Source: Rebecca billardiae RCC1528
Taxonomy: Eukaryota > Protista > Haptophyta
Reading direction: 5' to 3'
Assembly (NCBI GenBank): GCA_965240325.2
Contig: OZ251254.1
Coordinates: 496,001 to 560,000 of the forward strand
Length of the DNA stretch: 64,000 nt
The notes beneath the pieces are model-generated. The model saw nothing but the letters and a program-made list of their open reading frames with translations, did no database searches and had not been told where the DNA came from. The translations under genes were made by a program, and so were the position numbers. Shown here piece after piece: positions 47,407-64,000 of the stretch (its first letter is position 1; every line of letters begins with the position of its first letter).

Positions 47407-49494
47407 AAGTACGCTCTCGCGCTGCCGGCGGGCGACGGCGGCAGGCCGCAGCGCGCGTCGCACGCGGGCACGCCGCGCGGCCTCGGCGAGGCCGCCATCC
47501 GCCCCGCGCGCGACTCCAACGCCTCGGACGTCGACCAGCAGCTCGCGCTCGCGCTGGAGCAGTCGATTGCGTACGCTCCTCCCACGACTGCGATCGTGCG
47601 GAACTCGGTGGTGCTTATGCTGCTCGGCGTGGTGGGCGCGCTCGCGCTGCTCCGCGCGCTCGTGCCGTGGCTCTTCCTGCCGCGGCTGCCGCGCGTCGTC
47701 GCCGAGGGCGTCGCGGGCGCCGCCCTCGGCGCGTTCGGCCTGATGGCGCTGGTCATGGCGTCGTCCATGTTCCGCGCGGGGCGGCGCGTGCTTGAGCATC
47801 TGACGCTCACGTTTCGCTCCTACTACATCGGCTTCCTGCTGATCGTGCTGCAGGTGCTGTACATCCCGGTGACCAAGTCGCTGCTCTCGGTGTGGAACTG
47901 CGAGGACACCACGTGCGCGCGCGGCGAGTGGTACCCGGTCGCCTCCCCCTCGCTCGTCGATCAGACTGAGGACGTCGGGCTTGCGACTCTGCAGGCCGTC
48001 TCTGGCGAGTGCGAGCCCTGCCCCTTCTACGCGCGCACGGCGTACACGAACGCGTCGGGCACGGGGTTCGGGCTGTGCCCGATCGGCGGCGCGCTCTGCC
48101 CGGGCTCGACGACGCTGCGCCTCAAGGCGAGCCGCAACCTCGACTGCCACGCCGAGGTGTGGCCCTTCCACGGCATCGCCTCCTTGCTGATGCTGCTCTG
48201 CTTCACAATCGGCACGCCCTACCTGTACGGCCACCTGATCCGGGAGCACGCCGCGCGGTATCTGATGCTCCCCGCCGACCCCGCGGCGGACGAGGACGAC
48301 CAGTGGGCGTGGCGCGTGCAGCTCTCCTCGTCCAACAAGGCGAAGAACCTCTACGGCGACTTTGAGTACCGCTGGCGCTACTACAAGCTGTTTGTGCTTC
48401 TGCAGAAGCTTCTGCTGGTCACCACACTGATCTACGCCATCGACTTCCCCCTGGCGGCGGCGGGCATCTTCGCGGCGATCCACGGGACGTTCGCGATCAT
48501 CAACGCGTGGGCGCGGCCGTACCTCGACCCGCGGCCGGACATGCTCGCCATCGCCGTCGGCGTCGTCTCCACCTTCAACCCCATCATGGCGTGCGCGGCG
48601 TTTGCGGGCGTGGGCGCGCCGGGCTGGATGGGGTTTGCGATGCTCGTGATCAACCTGGTCGTGCCGCTGGGATTCCTGGCGGCGGGGTTCGCGATGCGCG
48701 GCGCGCAGCGCGGGCGCAAGGCGCGCGAGGCGGAGCGCCGCGCCGCCGCCGCCGCGAGCAACGACGAGGACACCGAGTGGGACCCGAACGCCGACGGCGT
48801 CCGGCTGCGCAGGCGGCAGGTGCGGGCGGCGCGCGGCGCGGCGCGGCGCGGGCGGCGCGCGGCTGGCGCTGCCAGCGCGCGCCGCCGGTGGGCGGGCCGC
48901 CTCCCGCGCGCTCGGCGCGCGCTCTGAGCGGGCGCGCGGCGCGACCGCCCCGCCCCGCCCTCCCGCCCCGCCCCGCCGGCGCAGGTCGAGCGCGGGATCA
49001 ACGAGTACACGCTGCGCTTCCTTGTGAACTTCTTTGCGGTCGTGGTCGTCATGTGCTTCGTCTCCGGCGCCGTGATCTTGCTGGGCGTGTTCTACGAGAC
49101 GGTGCGCACGCCGGTGGTGGGCACGACGACGGACGAGTCGCTGCCGATCAACGTGGAGGAGTGCGTGATCGAGCAGACCGTCGAGTCGCTCGAGTTTGTC
49201 GGATACAGCAGCTGGGACGAGTTCACCCGACACTGCTGCTGCATGGCGCGACCGCACTCGGGCGACGTCCCGCTGACCGAGCTGTGGGCGTGCGAGAACG
49301 GGCTGTACAAGGAGCGGCAGCGGCGGGCGCGCGACGCGGACGCGGTCTCGCCCGGCCGGTACTTCTGCGCGACCGACTTCCTCAAGTACGAGAATGGTAC
49401 GCTCACAAAAAGCGGGCAGCAGCCGTACTACGACGAGACGCGCCGACGGTTCGCGGTCGAGTTTGACGGCGAGGTGCTGTACGACTACTGGTAG
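45505..49494 (+). CDS. Large multi-pass membrane protein with Cys-rich loops. Exons about 45505-45864, 45975-46186, 46332-46449, 46615-46884, 47017-48819, 48985-49494
   Basis: Many TM segments; LYGDFEYRWRYYKLFVLLQKLLLV..RPYLDPRPDML; Cys-rich loops (CEDTTC, CEPCP, LCPIGGALCP, HCCC..WACENG); phase-compatible introns. Confidence 0.82.
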
Positions 49495-49928
49495 CGCGCG
49501 AGCGTCGGGATGGAGCGAGGGGCGGTGGAAGGCACGGGAGGGCGGCGCTCGCGGGCGCCTGGCCGCGGGGCGGGGGGGGGTGTTCGCCCGCCGCCAGCCA
49601 TCGTAAATGCGTTCAGCCCGGACGGCGAGCACACCGCCAGATGCCCAGATATCCTGAGATCCGTGGACGTGGGCGCATTTTCGTCAGGCTGGACCAAGTA
49701 CAGTATTTTAATCCGGAGACCGGCCGGGGCTGGTAGGTTCCTCGCGGAGATCAGGGACGCGGATGCCGTCGAGCGCCACCTCGAACTCGGTTGCTCATTG
49801 GGCGCTCGGGGCCGCCGTTCGTGGGCGGCACCCAGGCATTGGCCACCGAGGCGTCAAGGGGCGCCCATCACTTCGCGCCGCGTCTCCTGGCCCGCGCGCA
49901 CGCGCGGGCGCAGCCCACCGCTCGTCGA

Positions 49929-56713
<6,785 letters not shown>

Positions 56714-57300
56714 GCGGGCGGGCGGCGCGCTCACCGCGCGCGCGCGCGCGCGCGCGCCTCTGGGCGCTGGCAGCAGTCGCGGCCGCTGGCTGGGCGCGCG
56801 GCCCGCGAGGCGCGCAGCTGGCGGGCGCTGCGCGCGCCAAGACGCCACGGGCTGCCGGCAAGGTCACCCGAGCCAGCCGCTGAGTGCCACTGACTGATCC
56901 GGCACTCTCTGCGGGAGCCGCGCACCCGCGAGAGCGGTCGCGGTACACCCGGCATTCCGCCCGCCGCTGCCCGCTGCGGATCGTCGTCGTCGCATGCGCT
57001 GTAGACATCGACGCCATAGTATCATCAGTAGGTACCGCCGCGTGCATGTCATACAGCTGTGCTCGTCGTCGTAGTCAGCACGCACCGTACTCTACTCGCA
57101 ACGAGTGCCACTGAGTACTCACTGTACTGACTCCGGGCTGACCGCGTTCGCAGCCTGCACCGTGGTCAGTCGTCGTTGCCGTGCCCGCGCGGCGCGGCGG
57201 CTACTGTGCCTGCCTGAGGCGCTGTGGCCGCCACGTCCGCGCGCCCGCGCCCGCGCGGGCGCGCCTGCGCCTGTCGGGAGTGCGGTGATATACATATATA

Positions 57301-58094
57301 CAGTCCCCTCAACAATTGGTTACCCTTGTGTTTAGCTGTCTATACCAGCTCAGTCACTGTTTGAGGCCCACTGCTGCATGCTATCTGTTACTGCACCTAT
57401 AGCCCTCACAGACCAGGTGGGTATGAGCTGGGCGGGTGTGTGGGCTGAGTCAGTCAGATAAATTGAATGCAGGTGCACAACCGGCTGACGGGTGCTGCGC
57501 GGGGGTGCTGGACCACCACGAGGGCAGGCTGGGATGGAAATTCACCCCCTGAGCAGGCTATGGGCTGGCTGGCTGGGAGTGTAGCAGCTGTATAGTGGGC
57601 CCTGGCGCTGCAGCTGGATGGCCTTTGATACTGCCTAGCAGCCAGCCTAGCAGCACAGCCTGGCGTGAGCAGTGCGGTTTCAGTGCGCAGGCCACGTCTC
57701 TGCGGGTGGTGGTCGGGGAATGGCCACCACAGTGCACCAGATGCACCTAGCCTGCCAGCGGCCCACCTGCTGATTGGGTATGCCCTGTAGCACAGCACAC
57801 GAGGCTCCGCCGAAAATCAGCGGCGCGCTGTGCTACAGGCTGGGCTGAAAGGGGTGTGGGAGCCAGTCGAGAGCCTGTCGGCCACTGTCACGTCCGAGCT
57901 GGCCGGCTTCACGTGCTGCCCAGAGGAGTCCTCCAATTGTCACTCACCCGGCTGAAGTCATGATGGGTGGGTGCAGCTCGACCGAATGGAGAGTGCTGGG
58001 GCCGCAGGTGCCCGTCATGCAAGCCTAGGCGGCCAGGAGAAGGTGTGATGTGCAGGTGTGCTCTCCATAGGGTAATTTATTGTTGAGAGGACTG
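57301..58094. mobile_element. Tc1/mariner-type non-autonomous element (MITE), 794 bp, TA target-site duplication
   Basis: TA|CAGTCCCCTCAACAATTGGTTACCCT ... AGGGTAATTTATTGTTGAGAGGACTG|TA, 22/26 TIR identity; no transposase ORF; CpG-poor interior. Confidence 0.88.
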
Positions 58095-59449
58095 TAGTAT
58101 ATATATAGCGCAGATATTGACATCCGCGCGTGCTGATATCTGGGCGCGCGCGCCGCGTCACTCACGCTCCCAGCCAGCAGGGCTCCCGCGTCGCAGCAGT
58201 CACTCTGCAGTCAGCAGACGACCGCCACTGTCCGCCAGACGACGGCGTTTGAGCGCTCGGCTGCTGATGACTCACAGAACACGGTCATCATCATCTGCTG
58301 AGCCGCACCGCCGCGCGTGCAGCCGGCCAGCCGCTGCGCCGACGGCACTCTCTGCCTGACAAACTCGTCCGACTCTGATCGCGGTACCGTCATTCAATCT
58401 AACAGCAGCGCTCAGTATCATCGGCGTATAGCACGCCGACTGTGCGTATATAGTCTTGTGCTGTACCGTGTACGGTTAAGCCGAGCCACGTGGCCCGGTA
58501 CTCACGTGCTGCGTCACGCCTCCCATCGGGACGCGGCGCGCGCCGCACCATCTTTCACTCTGAGCTCGGTCACAGCGCGTCGACCGGCGCCGACGTCCGC
58601 CCGACCCCAGCCGACGTGGCTGCGGCGGAGCCAGCCCCGCGTTGCGCTACCCTTCGCACAGAAGACGTCGCACGGCTTACGCCAAGTGGCACCAGCCTCC
58701 CGAAATCCGACAGGTGGTTGACGCGGCAGTCCGCGATGCGTGTGCGACTGTCCAGAGTCGGGGGGAGCGACAAGGCTGGGCATCAGAGGTCCGGCCTCAA
58801 CGTGGGGCGCACGTGCACGACGCGATACTGCTGACCCAGCAAGGCCGCGCGCTCGCCGGTCCAAGCCCACAAGCTGGCACCGCGCCCGGGCCAATTGTTC
58901 AGCGGCCAGCGCTCGCGAAAGGGCATCTATCAGGGAATCTCGCGTAATTGCTCTCGGGCGGTGAGCTGCCCGGGCTAATTGTCACTACAGATCCGTTATG
59001 CTCTTTTACCCGGGTTTCAGGGGGTCCTCGCCGGACGGATGGATGCAAGGACTCCCGCGCTCGCTCGGCTCGGGCCCGGCGCGGCGGGAAAGACGGTCAG
59101 TCAAGCTGGCTTCACTTCTTGATTATTCTGTACTTCAGCGTAGTGCCGTGCGCCGCCGGGTGTCCGTGCTAGGTGACCACTATGGGCGGCGATGATAAGC
59201 GTAATCTACAGCGGGGGAGCGCGCCGTCGCCATCTTCTGGCTCGGCTGCCGGCCCGTCGAGCGCCGCCCTGACAAGCGTGGGATGCCAGGGCGGTGCCTG
59301 ACGCCGTGTAGCGCCACGGCGTTCATGTCGGCGGCGGACTGTCATCACGGTAGCCGACTCAGCATTCTCAGATTCGGGACTGACGGGCGTGCGCGGCACA
59401 GACGCGCGCGTGCGCGGCGCGTTGATGCGTGACAACTCGGCGCGCCGGA

Positions 59450-60073
59450 TTATTGCCTGCCGTAGTCCGACTCGTCGTCCGAGCTCTCAACCACCTCCGG
59501 CGGCCCAAACTCCTCGTCGTCGTCGTCGCAGTCGGGCGGGCTCATCGCGTCGGGGTGGATCAGGTACTCCGCGGCGATGTGCACGTGTGCGAGGCGCAGG
59601 CGCTGCTCGGAGGGCTCGTGCGCGCTGTCGATGCCGAGCGCCTCCTCGGCTGCCCGCGCGGCCGAGGCCCACTCCCGCCGGCGCAGCTGCACCTGCGCCT
59701 TGTTCGACAAGATGATACACCGCTGCTCGCCCGCCTCCGTCCCGCTCGTCGCCTCCTTGCGCGGCAGGTGGCTGAGGGCGCGGCAGTACTCCGCGAACGC
59801 GGTGTCGAGGTCGCTGGCGAGGTAGGCGGTGTTCCCCGCGTCCCGGTGCTGCGCCGCGACCTTCAGATCCAGATCCGACTCGGGCAGCTCGTGATCTTCG
59901 GGCTCCGAATCGCTGCTCGGCGTGGTCGTTGTGCCAGTGCCCGTGTTGCCCACCCGGCCGCCCTTGGCGCCCTTCGCATGCGCGCCGTCCGCCGCGTTCA
60001 CGCTTTTCACGTCCAGCCCCGTCGACACGCCCGCGAAGTTCTCGCCGTTCTGGGCGCTCGCGCACGCTCCCAT
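59450..60073 (-). CDS. Small TPR protein with N-terminal myristoylation/palmitoylation-like motif
   Basis: MGACAS start; AAQHRDAGNTAYLASDLDTAFAEYCRAL..ILSNKAQVQLRRREWASAARAAEEALGID (co-chaperone-type TPR); acidic tail. Confidence 0.78.
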   Translation of the reverse strand: MGACASAQNGENFAGVSTGLDVKSVNAADGAHAKGAKGGRVGNTGTGTTTTPSSDSEPEDHELPESDLDLKVAAQHRDAGNTAYLASDLDTAFAEYCRALSHLPRKEATSGTEAGEQRCIILSNKAQVQLRRREWASAARAAEEALGIDSAHEPSEQRLRLAHVHIAAEYLIHPDAMSPPDCDDDDEEFGPPEVVESSDDESDYGRQ

Positions 60074-61012
60074 GGTCGGCGAGCAGCAGCGGCGGCGAGG
60101 ATCTCTGGTTGGGGGCCCCTGCCACTTCGCGCCCGACCCTTGGATGAGGAGAGTCGGGCGAGGGCCCTCGCGTAGTTACTAGTTAGAGCTGCAGCGGGCG
60201 GACCTCGCCGCGGCGGCCCAAAACATCAATACGGCGTGGAAAGGAATCTACAATCTGAGGACGATTAGCCGCGCGCTCAAGGGAGGGCATCTTTCACGGA
60301 TCCTCCAGCAGCCGCCGTGAGATCAGGACGAGATTCATACGATGTAAGTACGAGCTGCCATATAAACTTGAACCAACTCCTGGGACCCGAACTGATTTTT
60401 ACCGCGTCACACATCGGGCGCAGCTTCGGGCAGCTCTGGGGCACGGCCCAGTGCATGATTGACGAGCTTCTCATCGCATCCTGGGATGCGTGACTGTGGT
60501 GGCCGCGGTTTACCCGCTATGATTTGCAGCCGCTCGAGTATACATATCGCCTCATCATTGGGCCTCCCCATTTTGGAGATTGGCTATGATCGATGGCTAT
60601 GATTGCTATGTGGTTATGTGGTTGGCAACGACTCCAAAGCTCCGTTTACCTTGCGTCCGCCGCCGCACCGGACCCGGGCGGCGCCGTCCGTGGGCCCAAA
60701 TTAAGCCGATGAAAGATGAGAAAAAGCAAGCAAACGTGCGCCAAACACATTTTTATTGGCTCGTAATGCTCGTCGCAGTCGTTCGACAGACTTTCGATAC
60801 GGTAGTGTGCACGTTAAAACAGAGTGAACTGTAGGTCGACTGAGACTCGCGAGTGTCGTACTGATGGGTACAATGTCAATAGGCTCCGCGGGAGTGCCAA
60901 GCGGATCAGCACGCTGCGACACCACCTGCAACGAGCGGTGCAGGCCACCGCGATCGCAGTGCGCCTCCCCGCCCACCCGTGCATGCTGCCGCGACTCTCT
61001 CTGCGCGCGCGC

Positions 61013-62035
61013 TCACTCCTCCCGCGGCCCTGCGCCGGTGAGCCGCAGCCGGAGGCCGCGGTGCAGCTCCGCGTCGTCACCGACACCGGCGGCGGCGGCG
61101 GAGGGCACGTGCTCGGCCGGGGCGACCTCGAGGTAGCCGTCCTCGTTGAGCTCGGCGTGCACGTTGGGGAGCGGCGGCGGGGGCGGCGTCGAGGCCACCG
61201 CCACCTCGGCGGACGTGGCGCTCCCGCTGCCTCTGCCGCCGGCCGGCAGCACACGCGCGGCCGCGGCCGCGGCCGCGGCCATGGCCGCTGCGGTTGGGCA
61301 GAGCTCCGGCGTGCAGCCTGCCTCGTCCTCGGGCGGGGGCTGGCTGGCGTCCGAGCCACGCGCGCAGCGGGCGTCGTCGGAGCTCCCGGCGGAGGACGCG
61401 CTCATCGCGTCGTCACCGACGCCGCCCGTCGGCGCGCCGCTCCGACACGCCTCGGCCGCGGCCGCGGCGCCGTCGCCGCCGCCGCGCTCGGCCGCGGCCA
61501 CCGGCACGCCGTTGTCATCGTCCATCACCGCTTTCACCTCGAGCAGCCATCGCTCGGCGAAGGTCTGGGCGTGCTCCGAGCGCCACATGTGCTCGTGGTT
61601 GAGCACGAACAGCGCCACCGCGAGCGCGCCGAGCACGCAGCGCCGCAGCACCGCCCCTCCGGCGTCGTGCAGCAGCAGCGCCGGGAGGGCCTCCACAATG
61701 GCCGCCAGCGCAGCGCTCAGCAGGTCGGCGGGCGCGCGCACGTCCTCGCCCGGCCGCGTCTTGACGTACGAGTAGCCGCCGAGGAAGTAGCCGTGCGGCG
61801 TGCTCGAGTGCTTCGCGGCGAGCCAGCCCGTACACGCAATACCCGCATATAGGCCGTACACGGAGTAGTAGTGCACCGGCGCGAGCCACGCGGGCAGCGA
61901 GAGGCACGCGGACGCAAAGGCGACGTGGAGCTCGGGCGGCAGCCATGCTGCGGACCAGGCGAGCGAGAGGAGCACCCGCGTCGCGCGACTCGGCGTGCGA
62001 TCGAGGCAGAAGCACTCCTCCTGCGCCGTCGCCAT
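61013..62035 (-). CDS. Hypothetical membrane protein
   Basis: ATG at 62035; several hydrophobic segments in the N-terminal half, low-complexity C-terminal half. Confidence 0.6.
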   Translation of the reverse strand: MATAQEECFCLDRTPSRATRVLLSLAWSAAWLPPELHVAFASACLSLPAWLAPVHYYSVYGLYAGIACTGWLAAKHSSTPHGYFLGGYSYVKTRPGEDVRAPADLLSAALAAIVEALPALLLHDAGGAVLRRCVLGALAVALFVLNHEHMWRSEHAQTFAERWLLEVKAVMDDDNGVPVAAAERGGGDGAAAAAEACRSGAPTGGVGDDAMSASSAGSSDDARCARGSDASQPPPEDEAGCTPELCPTAAAMAAAAAAAARVLPAGGRGSGSATSAEVAVASTPPPPPLPNVHAELNEDGYLEVAPAEHVPSAAAAGVGDDAELHRGLRLRLTGAGPREE

Positions 62036-62767
62036 GGCCGGCACGCGTGGCCGGCGGGGACGCGGAGGTGATGCCTTGTCCGCGCTGGCGGTTGTTGGAC
62101 CGGCGCCCGCGCACGCGCAAATGTGCTCTCGGAACCGTCACGGTATGCACAAGTAGCACAGTTTCGTAAGCGCGTGAGCGGGCACGAACACGCTCGTTGA
62201 CAGGACTCGGGCCGGCGACGCACAGCCGGCCGGCCGTAGGCGCGACGCGGCGCGCGTCCACGCCGCGTCGCCATCTGAACGCACGCACCGACCACGTGGG
62301 TGAGTGCAGACGTGCCAACCGGCACGACCCGGGGCCTGGCGGCTGCTCGCCACGCGCGATGCCGTGGCTGGTGCTTGACCGCGAGTGACTGCGCCATCCG
62401 GAATCAGTAAACGCGAGCGTGCATGCAAATAAAGGTCGTCCTTCTCCCAAGCCGGACAGGCGCACGCAGGGCCAATATGAACAACGTCACTCTGACGGTC
62501 CGGTCCCGGCCGGGTAACTGTATTCCGCGCTGCGGCGACACAACTGAAGACTGCTGCATGCAATATGGGCGGCCCGTGTTACGAGGACTGTAGTAGGAAC
62601 TGTAGAGTGTAGTCTGTCAGTGAGTCTGATCTTCATCTAACTGTCTCTGAGTATATATATATATATATATGGGTATGACGATGCCATAATAACTACGACG
62701 ACGACGACTGCTATAATACAAACACGTACGGCCGTCGCGCTAAGTAGCGTAGCGCAGGCTGTCAGAG

Positions 62768-63330
62768 TCAGAAGCGCTTGCCGCCTTTGTTGGGCCCGTA
62801 CTGCGCGTGCGAGTAGGAGGCGGTCAGCCGGTTGCCCGAGTACGCTCCGCCGGGCCCGTCGCCAAACGTGCCGCCGCCCCCTCGCCTGCCGCCGTCGCCA
62901 AACCCCACATCCCGCGAGAAGCCGTACTGGTCGTGCATGTACACGCCCTGGGGCGTGCGCGGCGGCTGCAGCGCGTAGGCGTGCGAGGAGCCGTGCGCGC
63001 CATCGTCGGAGGCCTTGTTGCTCCCGCCGAGCGCGCCTGCGCGCGCGCGCGCGAGGCGCGGCGAGCGCGAGGCGCGGGGAGGGCGGCGGATGTGGGCTCT
63101 CGCGCGCGCGGGTGCGCGCGCGCGCGGCGCGGCGCGCTGCTCCCGCAGCAGGGCGGCGCGGTGCGCGGCGCAGTGCACGCGCCTTTGCCCTTGCTGCGCG
63201 GCTTGGGCGGCCGCAGCGCACCCATCCCAGGGCCGCCGTCGTAGAGCGCGGCGGATGCGTTCCCGTTGCCGAGGACGCCGCTGGCGGCGCCGACAGTGGC
63301 GGCGCCGAGCGCGCCGCTGCCGCCGCCGCC

Positions 63331-63364
<34 letters not shown>

Positions 63365-63846
63365 CCGCGCGGCTCACCCGGGCCGAACGAGCCGCGCTTG
63401 CGCGAGTGCGCGCCCGCCCCGCCGCCCGGCCCGCCGCCGCCGCCGGGCCCGCCGCCGCCGGGCCCGCCGCCGGGCCCGCCGCCGCCGCCGTCTGGCCCCG
63501 AGCTCCCGTGCGAGATCCCAAGGGTCGGCAGGCCGCCGAGGTTGGGCCCGCCGCCCAGCCCGAGGATCGGCGGCACCTCGCCCGGCGCCTTGCGCCGCGG
63601 CGCCGCCGCGCCAAACGGGACAAACCCCCCGAGATTGCTGCCAAAGCCGCCGCCGTCCGCGCCGCCGTGCGGGTGCGCGGCGGGCCCGCCGCCGTCGTAG
63701 CCGGTGCCCCCGCCGCCGCTGTAGTTGAGCGCGCCGCCGCCGCCGCCGCCCACCGGCCCGGCGGCGCGGAGGCCGTGGCCGTGCAGCCCGCCGCCAAGTG
63801 TGCTCATCCCCGCGCGCGGCGGCGGAGCCCACGGGTGCCCGCCACC

Positions 63847-63877
<31 letters not shown>

Positions 63878-64000
63878 CCGCCGTCGCCGCGGCTCCGCCC
63901 CTGCGACTCGCGCGAGGCCGCGCGGTCGGCGGCGCCGCCGAGGCCGCCGGCGATGCCGCCGCCCGTCCCAAGCTGCGGCTGCGCGTGCGCGCCGCCGTCG
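62768..64000 (-). CDS. Gly-rich hypothetical protein, 3' part (5'-partial); probable GC-AG intron 63182-63037
   Basis: Gly-rich ORF 62824..63807 splices in phase into ORF 62768..63178, ending ..SYSHAQYGPNKGGKRF*. Confidence 0.6.

Noticed and set aside
58400-59400. Gene or transposon in a lower-GC interval (similarly 20761-21490 and 60200-60900)
   Set aside because: Only short ORFs with no motifs or terminal repeats; probably decayed sequence that cannot be classified by eye
62576-62592. Second Tc1-like right end (GAGGACTG|TA)
   Set aside because: No convincing matching left TIR was found in the window

Overview
Very GC-rich, gene-dense eukaryotic genomic DNA with short GC-rich spliceosomal introns (donor GTGCGC/GTGCGT, acceptor GCGCAG) and TTAGGG-type repeats. 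A haptophyte such as Pavlovales is a plausible source, but that is inference only. About 19 protein genes are supported: the 3' end of xanthine dehydrogenase; a single-ORF hybrid histidine kinase + receiver + 1-Cys peroxiredoxin fusion (the standout finding); three cyclic-nucleotide-binding proteins; a TPR/SAM-methyltransferase; a HopJ-like protein; a HET-like + LRR protein; homoserine dehydrogenase; a CBM53/25-like + EF-hand-like protein; a TRPC4AP/TRUSS homologue; and several membrane or hypothetical proteins. The non-coding DNA contains a 308-bp near-perfect inverted repeat with neighbouring hairpins, a degenerate hAT-like transposon, a CpG-depleted Tc1/mariner MITE, a 156-bp duplicated upstream segment and telomere-like arrays next to intron 3' ends. 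Exon boundaries were inferred by hand and no database searches were run.
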